Source of the DNA: Anaerolineae bacterium
GTDB taxonomy: Bacteria > Chloroflexota > Anaerolineae > DRVO01
Assembly: GCA_012719195.1 (NCBI GenBank)
Contig: JAAYAV010000296.1
Coordinates: 1-36,941, forward strand
Reading direction: 5' to 3'
Length of the DNA: 36,941 nucleotides
Made by a program: the position numbers and the translations under genes. Below are positions 24,825-32,987 of the stretch, in pieces. The first letter of the stretch is position 1; every line of letters begins with the position of its first letter. The notes under the pieces were generated by a model, which had not been told where the DNA came from, made no database searches, and saw only the letters and a list, made by a program, of their open reading frames with translations.

Positions 24825-24852
24825 AGGGCCGCCGACTTGAGTCGGCGGCCCT
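24825..24852. terminator. Bidirectional terminator hairpin between convergent genes
   Basis: Perfect 11-bp stem GGGCCGCCGAC/GTCGGCGGCCC with loop TTGA, extended by an A-T pair. It lies between the lipoprotein stop (24790) and the A2M stop (24896). Confidence 0.65.
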
Positions 24853-24895
24853 TATGGTTCCCTAAGGCGCTAGATCGGTCGACGGGCCAACCCGT

Positions 24896-27800
24896 CTACT
24901 CCCCGAGGGCCTCCACCGTGAACGTCTCGCCCGCTCCGTTGCCGAACACATCCGGGAAGTACATCTGGTAGGCTAGCGTCGGGCGGACGTTGAACTGACC
25001 GGCGATGCTGGCTCGCATGTAGTAGGTGTACTCGTAGGTTCCCTTGGGTAGGTGCGTTGCGAACAGCACCACCTTGTCGTCCCTCATCTCGGTGTGGCTG
25101 AACCACCACCAGCCCCAGGGCTCGTCAACGGCGCGGAACTGAGGCTGCACGCCTACCGTCGCCGTGGTGCGCAGGCTGGTATCCAGCCCCTCAAACCCGG
25201 CCGGAAGCGGATCCTCGACCACCACGTGCCACAGGTCAGTGGGGGCGACTACCGTCACCCGCACCTGAACCGTGTCGTTGATGGCAGCCGCGTGCAAGGC
25301 CGGACCTTCGCCATCGGCCGTCAGGTACTGGCGCGAGACGATAACACCGGAGTCTACCGGGGCGATCTCCTCGGCGTCGGCGTAGTAGGCCAAAGCGGCG
25401 GTGTAGTACATCGATCCAGTGTCGGCGTCCGTCTCCGGCAGGGGCGAACGTGTGAGTACCAGCTCGTTGGGTTCCTGGCTTAGGAGCCGGTAGACATCCA
25501 CCACAAGGGTCGCCGCCTCATCCAGGTTCTCAGCGTCGAACTCGCCCGAACCTACCTCGCGCCCATTGACTGCCAGGCTCCAGGCGTACTTCGCCAGCAG
25601 CTCCTGCTTGGCCACCATGTACTCGGTCAGGCCAAGGAGACTGACGGCGGTCTCATAAGTGCTTGACCAGTAACCCTGGCCGCGCACGGACATGAGCCAG
25701 CGCACTGCGTTGGGGAGCAGCGGATGATCGGGCGAGACCCGCGACAGGGCCTGGATCACCGTGGCCGTCGCGATCGCGTCCGTATTCATCAGCCGCCACT
25801 GCACCTCGTCCTCCCAGTGAGTGGTGGTGGCGGTCAGCACGGCCCCCGCCTCCAGGTCGTCCACCAAGGCCTCGATCCGGCCTGGCTCGTCCGGGCTCAG
25901 AATCGCCAGCGCCATGAGCAAGTGGGCAGTGGCGCGGAAACTCAGCCGCTCGCGTTCCTCGAACAGACGGACCGTGAGACCCAGGTCTCCCTGTCCCGCC
26001 TCGGCCAGCACGTAGGCGATGTACGCCCGCACCTCCGGCCCCAGCTCATGCGCCTCCTGGTCGGACCGAACGTCGAGCTCGAACACGACCGAGCGCAGGA
26101 ACTCTACACCGCGATCGATGGCGTACGGGGCGACCGTGTAGCCGGCATCCCTCGCCTTGACGAGACCCCAGACCACGTAGGCAGACAGGTAGGGATTGCT
26201 CTCATCGTTGTACCACCAACCCCAGCCGCCGTCGCCGTGCTGGTTGCTGTAGAGCCGCTGCAAACCTATACCCACCTGCTGCGAAAGCTCTCGGATGAGG
26301 GCGGTGTTGTCTGCCCCCACTTCTTCGAGCGCCTTGGCCGTTACCACGTTGGGCAGGAACCGGCTCAGCGTCTGCTCTACGCACTCGTACGGATAGTGCC
26401 TGAGGTAGTCGAGGCCGGGAATCATCCCCGCCACCAGCGATGCTTCCACCGTCACCGTTAGCTCACCCTCGGAGAACTCCGACGGCAGGATCACCTCCTC
26501 CAGAACCTCTCCACCGGAGGGCACCTCTCCACTGGTCGCGACGGTCTGCGCCGTCACCATGGGGTAGACGGGCAGCTCCATCCGCACGGCGTCATCAAGC
26601 CCGCCGCCGGTGGCCGAGAACGTGGCCGTCGCCGTGCCGCGGCGCTCCGCCGCCACCGTCCAGGTGACGAGCTGCCGCCCGCCCCCCTCCACGGTGACGA
26701 CTCGCGGCTCCAGTTCCGCCTCCATGCCGTCCAGTGAGGCCTGGACCGTAACCTCCAGGGCGTCGCTCCCGCCGTTCTGGACTACCGCGCCGATCTGGGC
26801 CGTGTCGCCCACGACCAGGAAGCGCGGCAGCACCGGCCGGAGGAGCAGCTCCTTAGTGGCGACGATCTCGACCGACTGCTGCCCCACGAGGGTGTCCGCC
26901 GTGATGGCCTTCACCTCAAAGGTCCAGGTGGTGAGATTGTCCGGTAGAGTAACCTCAACGGCAGCCTCTCCCGCCGCATCGGTTCGGAGGTCCGGCTCCC
27001 AGTAAGCCGTCTCGGGGAAGTCCTCGCGTACGCCCCCAGCTCCGCCGCCGCCGCCACCCTTGCCGGCGGCCTCGGCCAGGCGCTCCAGTTCGCGAGTATA
27101 GAGCGTGTAGAGGGACGCCGTTTGCACTCCCAGGCCTCGCTGGCTGTAGAAGTAGTCCACCAGACTGGTTGGGGCGCCAGTGAGGGCCAGCAACGCCTTG
27201 TCGACCAAGCTGACCGACATCTCAGCATCCACAGGTGTGCCCTCGTGGTCGGTAACCGCGATCTCAAACTCGGCCGCATCGCCGGGTTCGTAGGGCTCCT
27301 CCTGATCGGCGCTGACCGTTATGTCAAGCTGGAGCGCGTCGATGGCCACCTCTACTCCCACGTAACCAATCTGGAACGGGGGCAGAGAGGCCTCCTCGTC
27401 GGCACCGCGCACCAACACGGCAGTGAAGTAGACATTCGGGGCGAAGTCCGCCGTGATGGGTACTTCCAGGACCGATGCACTGCCTTCCAGATCCAGCACC
27501 CGATAGTCCAGGACCTGACCGCGCTCGGCGGTGAAGAGCATGGCGACCTGCCCCTCGTAGGGACTGGGCACCATGATCTTGGCGGTGTCACCCACCTCGT
27601 AGGCCTTCTTGTCTGCCACCAGCTCGAAGGTGAAGTCCTCCTGCATGGGCCAGGCCACATAGCCGGCTCCAGTCACCCAGAAGTAGCTTGAGGAGCGGAC
27701 CTCGTTGCCTCGGTCGTCGGTGCTGGTGGCCACTACCTTGTGGCTGCCCGCCGACTCCGGCACGAACGTGGCACCGGCCTTACCGTCGGTCCCGGTCGTA

Positions 27801-30469
27801 ACCGTCTGACGAGCCACCTCAACGTCCTCTTCCGTGGTGGTCCACTGGTAGTAGTCGCCCACCTTCTCGTAGGCGTTGTACCAACGATGCTCGTAGAGTG
27901 TCAGCTCGACCTCGCGGCCGGCCACCGCCTCTCCCGCTCCGTCCACCGTCGCCACGTTGATGACGGCTTCCCCGCCAGCTTCCACAACGTAGGAGTCGGG
28001 ACCCACGCCCACGAAGTACTCGCCCTGCTGAACGGGCACGGTCGACCGGCCGCTCACAGCCTGGGCGTTCACGTCTGTCACCGTGGCCTCGATGGTGATC
28101 ACCTGGCTCGAGAGCCGGTCGGCGATCTCGGCCGGGAAGGATATGACCAGCCTGCCTTCCTCGTCAGTGCGGCCAGTCCCTTCCGTAAGCAGACCACTGC
28201 CGGGCCCGAAATCCTCCCGTTCGCGCAGATAGTCGTAGTCGGAGAAGTCGTAGTAGCCGCCCTCGTCCCAGTAGAAGTACCAGTCCTGCGTCAGGACCGC
28301 CCACTGCACCTGGGCGTCCGTCACCGGGGCGCCGAAGTAGTAGAGAGCCTCTATGGCGACCTTCACCTCATCGCCCTGGATGTAGCGCTCCTGGTCAGGG
28401 GTGACCGTGACCTCGAACTCGGGGCGCCGGTACTGAGCCACCTCGAAACCGGCCCAGGCACCCAGCTGGTCTGCGCCCGACAGGTACAAGCTGAACTGAC
28501 CCAGAGGCGCAGCCTCTGACAGGGCCAGGCTGCCGTAGAAGGTACCCATCTCGTTGAGGGTGAACTGCTCTCGCATGATCTCCTGGCCCTGGGCGTCTGA
28601 GCAGACCAACTCCAGAGGCGGGAGGTCGGTGGGCACGCTGTAGCGGGCGTCGTCGTCAGACCGGACGATGCCCTTGAAGTAGACCGTCTGACCGGGCCGG
28701 TACATCGGGCGGTCGGTGTAGATGTGCACCGCGTAGGGGCTGCTGGAGCCGTACTGGTAGACCCCGTACCGCCACGGCGAGATGCCGTTGGTCCACGAGC
28801 TAAGGGTCATGCCGAAGGCATCGCTTCCGGGCTCGCCCACCACAACAGCGTGAGCCAGCCAGGAGTCCTGTTCGACCATCGCGGCGAGGGCGGTGCCGTC
28901 CTCTTCCGTGACGGCCTCGCCGAACTGCCGCCCCCGGCTATCAAGGTAGTGCACCGGCAGATCGCCGGCGGGATCGCCTTCATGCCAGTCGGTTACCCAC
29001 GCTAGGCTGGCGTCCGCTGTCCACTTGAGGGTGACGTTGTGCGAGGCTACGACCAACACCTGGCCAGAGACCGAACCCTTGAGACTCGGGTCCTGAGACT
29101 CCAGCGTGAGGTAGTAGAGGCCGGGCGTCAGGGCGCCACCCCCCTCCACGAGCGGCTCGGACACGGTAGCCCAGCTATTGCGTTCCCCATCCGGTTCCAC
29201 CGTCCACGCCCGCAACAGGTCGGCCTGCTTGGGCTTGTAGCTGGAGCGGAACTCCCAGTCGTCACCGTAGTAGCGGACAGCATCGGCCAAGGGCATCTCG
29301 TAGAGAGCCAAGTCGTAGCTGTGCACGTTGAGGTAGGAGACGAAGGCCGCCGGTTCGTCCTCATCGCCGAAGGCCCACGGCTGCCACGAGTCCGTCAGCT
29401 GCACCGAGGGGCCGTAGTCACCAGTACCGAAGCTGATGGTGATGTCCTCACCGAGCCGGCCGCCGCGGCTGTCCACCAAGTCGGATCCGATGGTAGCGGT
29501 GTACTGCTCACCGGCGACTGGGTAGAAGTCGACGTAGACGCTGGTCTGGCTCGACCACCATACGTAGAAGTTCTCGGGCTTCGGTTCGACGGCAAACTGC
29601 TCCTTGAAGGAGTCGGGGTCCACCGGCGCGGAGAACTCCAGCACCAGCGAAGTGCCGGGGTACACGCCTTCCGCCCCGTCTTCGGGGCTACTGGATACAA
29701 GCGCCAACTCGGGCATGACTGGGAAGACCCAGGAGATAGGCTCCATCGATGCACCCGCGACAGCCTGCGCTCCGTCCAGAACCACCTCAATCTGCGATCC
29801 GCGCGCCCAGCTGGTGGACGGGGTGAACACGAGCGTGTTGCCGAACCAACGAATCTTGCCCTCGACCGCGTCCATACCATTGGTCACGTACGAGACGGTC
29901 AGAGCATCTTCGACGCTAGCCCGGTCCATCGGCTGGGCGAAGGAGAGCTTGACCGGCTCGTTGGGCCAGGCTCCACCCACCGGATGATCGGCACTCCAGT
30001 CACCGGGCGGCAGGGGTGAGTAGCTCACCAGATGCGGCGCTACGGTGGTGAACGACCACTGACTCGGCCCGACCACAGGGGCGCCGCTCAGGCCGGCAAG
30101 GTCGGGCGCCAACGAGAGGGTGTATGCGGTCGAAGGGTCGAGTCCGGCGCTGGGGGCAAAGCGGTAGATAGCCGTGTTGACCCACTCGCCCGACCCCGCG
30201 ATCTCCGGCTCGGAGACAATGGGACTGGGCAGATCAGCCTGGTCCGCCTCCACCGTGAGGGCTACCATCGGGCTGCTGAACACCACCGTGATGACGGTGT
30301 CCAGCGGCACATCGGTGGCCCCATCTCCGGGCTGTATCACGGTCACTGAGGCGCCGGGGGGCGAGTCAACGGCCTCTTCCGCGGCCACCCCAATTGGGCC
30401 AAGGACCAGGCATACGGCAACCACAAGCAGCAACAGCGGGATCAAGCGGGTGGCAGTTCTGGTTGACAC
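24896..30469 (-). CDS. Alpha-2-macroglobulin family protein (thioester-containing, 1857 aa) with an N-terminal Ig-like (SbsA-type) domain
   Basis: Thioester motif YPYECVEQTLSRF (CVEQ encoded at 26372-26383, Cys1363, about 73% of the length, as in the E. coli A2M YfhM/ECAM by my recollection). FPETAYWEPDL and LTTWTF motifs typical of A2M/C3. N-terminal signal or anchor LIPLLLLVVAVCLVLGPIGVAA. GTG start with GAGGAGG 5 nt upstream. Confidence 0.92.
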   Translation of the reverse strand: MSTRTATRLIPLLLLVVAVCLVLGPIGVAAEEAVDSPPGASVTVIQPGDGATDVPLDTVITVVFSSPMVALTVEADQADLPSPIVSEPEIAGSGEWVNTAIYRFAPSAGLDPSTAYTLSLAPDLAGLSGAPVVGPSQWSFTTVAPHLVSYSPLPPGDWSADHPVGGAWPNEPVKLSFAQPMDRASVEDALTVSYVTNGMDAVEGKIRWFGNTLVFTPSTSWARGSQIEVVLDGAQAVAGASMEPISWVFPVMPELALVSSSPEDGAEGVYPGTSLVLEFSAPVDPDSFKEQFAVEPKPENFYVWWSSQTSVYVDFYPVAGEQYTATIGSDLVDSRGGRLGEDITISFGTGDYGPSVQLTDSWQPWAFGDEDEPAAFVSYLNVHSYDLALYEMPLADAVRYYGDDWEFRSSYKPKQADLLRAWTVEPDGERNSWATVSEPLVEGGGALTPGLYYLTLESQDPSLKGSVSGQVLVVASHNVTLKWTADASLAWVTDWHEGDPAGDLPVHYLDSRGRQFGEAVTEEDGTALAAMVEQDSWLAHAVVVGEPGSDAFGMTLSSWTNGISPWRYGVYQYGSSSPYAVHIYTDRPMYRPGQTVYFKGIVRSDDDARYSVPTDLPPLELVCSDAQGQEIMREQFTLNEMGTFYGSLALSEAAPLGQFSLYLSGADQLGAWAGFEVAQYRRPEFEVTVTPDQERYIQGDEVKVAIEALYYFGAPVTDAQVQWAVLTQDWYFYWDEGGYYDFSDYDYLREREDFGPGSGLLTEGTGRTDEEGRLVISFPAEIADRLSSQVITIEATVTDVNAQAVSGRSTVPVQQGEYFVGVGPDSYVVEAGGEAVINVATVDGAGEAVAGREVELTLYEHRWYNAYEKVGDYYQWTTTEEDVEVARQTVTTGTDGKAGATFVPESAGSHKVVATSTDDRGNEVRSSSYFWVTGAGYVAWPMQEDFTFELVADKKAYEVGDTAKIMVPSPYEGQVAMLFTAERGQVLDYRVLDLEGSASVLEVPITADFAPNVYFTAVLVRGADEEASLPPFQIGYVGVEVAIDALQLDITVSADQEEPYEPGDAAEFEIAVTDHEGTPVDAEMSVSLVDKALLALTGAPTSLVDYFYSQRGLGVQTASLYTLYTRELERLAEAAGKGGGGGGAGGVREDFPETAYWEPDLRTDAAGEAAVEVTLPDNLTTWTFEVKAITADTLVGQQSVEIVATKELLLRPVLPRFLVVGDTAQIGAVVQNGGSDALEVTVQASLDGMEAELEPRVVTVEGGGRQLVTWTVAAERRGTATATFSATGGGLDDAVRMELPVYPMVTAQTVATSGEVPSGGEVLEEVILPSEFSEGELTVTVEASLVAGMIPGLDYLRHYPYECVEQTLSRFLPNVVTAKALEEVGADNTALIRELSQQVGIGLQRLYSNQHGDGGWGWWYNDESNPYLSAYVVWGLVKARDAGYTVAPYAIDRGVEFLRSVVFELDVRSDQEAHELGPEVRAYIAYVLAEAGQGDLGLTVRLFEERERLSFRATAHLLMALAILSPDEPGRIEALVDDLEAGAVLTATTTHWEDEVQWRLMNTDAIATATVIQALSRVSPDHPLLPNAVRWLMSVRGQGYWSSTYETAVSLLGLTEYMVAKQELLAKYAWSLAVNGREVGSGEFDAENLDEAATLVVDVYRLLSQEPNELVLTRSPLPETDADTGSMYYTAALAYYADAEEIAPVDSGVIVSRQYLTADGEGPALHAAAINDTVQVRVTVVAPTDLWHVVVEDPLPAGFEGLDTSLRTTATVGVQPQFRAVDEPWGWWWFSHTEMRDDKVVLFATHLPKGTYEYTYYMRASIAGQFNVRPTLAYQMYFPDVFGNGAGETFTVEALGE

Positions 30470-30687
30470 TTCGTCCTCCTCGATCGAGCGAGACGATCGT
30501 CTGAACCAAGAGGGTAACGGTGGGTCGCGAAGGGCCCAGGAGAGGCGTAACGGGTCCAGGCACAGGTCCTTTACCCGAATCGGACACCGTACATAGGTTA
30601 CACTGGGCGCCGCGGGCTGTCCATAGGTAGGACGTCCTCCTCCCTCGGCTGGTTCCCTTCATTGCGGCGGACGTGCCGGCATTGTCG

Positions 30688-30716
30688 TTGCCTCGCGGGC
30701 CGCCGCGCCGTATACT
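30688..30716 (+). promoter_or_regulatory. Sigma-70-like promoter candidate for hom
   Basis: TTGCCT (30688-30693), 17-nt spacer, TATACT (30711-30716), 34 nt upstream of the ATG at 30751. Confidence 0.45.
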
Positions 30717-30750
30717 GCCAGGGTCATAACACCTCGGTCGGAGCCCTGCG

Positions 30751-31857
30751 ATGTCGTCTGTCAAGGTGATCCATCTGGGAGTTGGCGGCGTGGGCACCGC
30801 CCTCCTGGAGCAGTCCCTTTCCCTCCGCCCTCGTGATGCCGCCGCCATTTCGCTCGTCGCCGTTTCCGACATTTACGCCGCTCTCTGGAGCGATACCGGT
30901 CTGGACCGCGGACGGCTCCAGGAGCTGGTCGCCCTTAAGGCTCAGGCAAAGAGCATCGCCGACCTCGCCGGCAACGGCGACCTACAGGGCTTCTACCAGT
31001 GGGCCGAAGAGCAGGTGGCCCCCGGACAACCCCCGACGATAGTCGTGGACACCACCGCCAGCGACGATACCCTGCCTCTGCTACTTCGTGCGGCGGCCAA
31101 TGGCCACGGCGTAGTCCTAGCCAACAAGCGACCGGTGTCCGCCTCCCAGTCGGTGTGGGATGCCCTCAATGCGGGAGGGAGGCTGCGCTACGAAGCCACC
31201 GTTGGCGCCGGTCTGCCCGTCCTCTATGTCCTGGACTACCTCCAGCGCACCGGTGACAGTGTGACCGCCATTGAGGGCATGCTGAGCGGTACGCTGGGCT
31301 ACCTCTTCTCTCGCCTAGAGGCGGGGGACTCCTACTCCGGTGCTGTGAGCAAGGCCCGCGAGCAGGGCTACACCGAGCCCGATCCCCGCGACGATCTCGG
31401 CGGCATGGATGTCGCCCGTAAGGCCCTCATCCTGGCGCGGACTGTCGGCCGCCGCCTGGAGCTGAGCGATCTTCCCATTGAGGCGCTCTACCCGCAGGAA
31501 CTCGCCGGCCTCACGGTGGACGAGTTCATGCAGCGTGCCTCCGAGGTGGACGCGGCCTTCTCCGCCCGCCTCTCGCAGGCGGCCGCCAAGGGTGAAGTGC
31601 TCCGGTACCTCGCGCAGGTGGACTCCTCCGGCGTCTCCATCGGGGTGCGTTCGGTGCCGCGCTCGTCTCAGTTCGGGGCTCTTGCCGGTCCCGACAACCT
31701 GGTCTCCATCACCACCGCTCGCTACACCGAGCCGCTCGCGCCCATCCGCCTCATGGGGCCCGGAGCGGGACGCAGCGTAACCGGTGCCGGCGTCCTGCGG
31801 GACGTGCTCGACCTAGCCCAGGCGATGCGGGCAGAGGGTGCTTCTGCGCCTCTATGA
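30751..31857 (+). CDS. hom: Homoserine dehydrogenase (ThrA C-terminal-domain type)
   Basis: VIHLGVGGVGTALLEQ (NAD(P) fold), VLANKRPVS, YEATVGAGLPV, GMLSGTLGYLFS, GYTEPDPRDDLGGMDVARKALILAR. Confidence 0.88.
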   Translation: MSSVKVIHLGVGGVGTALLEQSLSLRPRDAAAISLVAVSDIYAALWSDTGLDRGRLQELVALKAQAKSIADLAGNGDLQGFYQWAEEQVAPGQPPTIVVDTTASDDTLPLLLRAAANGHGVVLANKRPVSASQSVWDALNAGGRLRYEATVGAGLPVLYVLDYLQRTGDSVTAIEGMLSGTLGYLFSRLEAGDSYSGAVSKAREQGYTEPDPRDDLGGMDVARKALILARTVGRRLELSDLPIEALYPQELAGLTVDEFMQRASEVDAAFSARLSQAAAKGEVLRYLAQVDSSGVSIGVRSVPRSSQFGALAGPDNLVSITTARYTEPLAPIRLMGPGAGRSVTGAGVLRDVLDLAQAMRAEGASAPL

Positions 31858-32987
31858 GAGTTGACGGCCCCTCCCCCCTCACCGCCTTTCTGGGCGACCA
31901 GATCGTCTACCGCAACCTGGAGCCGATGGCCCCGGATCTGCCGCGGTTCGCCGAGTCCGCCGCCTCATTGGGCCTACCGGCCGACAGGCTGCCCCGGAAG
32001 ACGGAACGTGAGTACGCCCTAGTCGTCGCGCACATCATCCGCGGGGCTGCCCAACGGCAGGGCCGCCGGCCGCCCTCGCACCTGCTCACGGTGGGAGACA
32101 CGCGCCTGAACGACGGCACCGCCTTCCGCAACCTCCAGGTCGTGACCGGCTGGGACGGTGCCGCCATCATCTGCTCCGAGAAGGCGTCGGCTCCGGCAGC
32201 GCTGGAAGAGGCCGAGCGCGGGCTCTACCTGGCCAACCATTGGCGGCTGCTGGAGGAGTTCGACCGTCTACTGCCTGCGAAGGGGCTCGTGCCGGGAGAG
32301 GACACCGTGGCTGTCATTGACCTGGACAAGACCGCCATAGGTGCCCGGGGCCGCAACGACCACGTCATTGATGAGGCTCGGCTACACGGCGTCCGGGCCA
32401 CGGCGGCAGGCCTGCTCGGGACGCAGTACGACGAGGCGTGCTTCCTGGCCGCCTACCACCACCTGAACCAGCCGGCCTTCCACCGGTTCACGGCCGACAA
32501 CCAGGACTACCTTGTCTACATCTGCCTGATGATCGGGGCCAAGGTGCGCTCGTTGGACGAAGTGGTTGCCGGTATCGATGACGCCTCCCACGAGACGTTC
32601 GCTCCCTTCATCGGCTGGGTGCAGGAGCATCGCCGCCTGGTTGCCGGCACCCCTCTGGGCGACGTACACGACGAGGTCTATGACCGGTTCCGCCGGGGAG
32701 ACCCCACACCCTTCAAGGCGTTCCGCCGCCAGGAGTACCGCGCGACCATTGGTCGCATGGGGTGCCTTGCCGGCACTCCTTCGGCACCGGACGCCCTGTC
32801 TAGGGAGATCGTCATCACTCGCGAAGTGGCCGAACTAGTCGAGCGTTGGCGGAGTCGGGGCGCAATGATCATCGGGATCTCGGACAAGCCCGATGAGGCG
32901 GCCCTCCCCGATGCCGAAGCGGAGGCAGAGGGACTGCCACCGCTGCACCGAGCGCCCACGCATCGCGTAGGAGACAGCCTGCCTTGA
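31854..32987 (+). CDS. Hypothetical protein with HAD-like motifs (atypical)
   Basis: VAVIDLDKTAIG (DxDxT, encoded at 32319-32333), GISDKPDEA near the C-terminus. GD-type motif-IV-like strings occur both N-terminally (TVGDTRLND) and at the extreme C-terminus (RVGDSLP-stop). ATGA overlap with the hom stop. Confidence 0.55.
   Translation: MRVDGPSPLTAFLGDQIVYRNLEPMAPDLPRFAESAASLGLPADRLPRKTEREYALVVAHIIRGAAQRQGRRPPSHLLTVGDTRLNDGTAFRNLQVVTGWDGAAIICSEKASAPAALEEAERGLYLANHWRLLEEFDRLLPAKGLVPGEDTVAVIDLDKTAIGARGRNDHVIDEARLHGVRATAAGLLGTQYDEACFLAAYHHLNQPAFHRFTADNQDYLVYICLMIGAKVRSLDEVVAGIDDASHETFAPFIGWVQEHRRLVAGTPLGDVHDEVYDRFRRGDPTPFKAFRRQEYRATIGRMGCLAGTPSAPDALSREIVITREVAELVERWRSRGAMIIGISDKPDEAALPDAEAEAEGLPPLHRAPTHRVGDSLP

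Noticed and set aside
27030-27062. CCG/GCC trinucleotide-like run (ctccgccgccgccgccaccc) that could look like a microsatellite or repeat element
   Set aside because: It is simply the coding sequence of the GGGGGGAGG stretch in the A2M protein, read on the opposite strand. It is too short and too isolated to be a CRISPR or a mobile repeat.
25052-30349. Several 100-330-aa plus-strand ORFs (for example 25724..26461, 27740..28519, 29039..30019) inside the A2M locus
   Set aside because: They are antisense to a gene with unambiguous A2M motifs along its whole length. Their translations are low-complexity with no start-site signals.
30366-30872. 168-aa minus-strand ORF bridging the A2M-hom intergenic region
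   Set aside because: It overlaps both the A2M start region and the hom 5' end, and its translation is R/G/P-rich with no SD. The region is better explained as a divergent promoter region.
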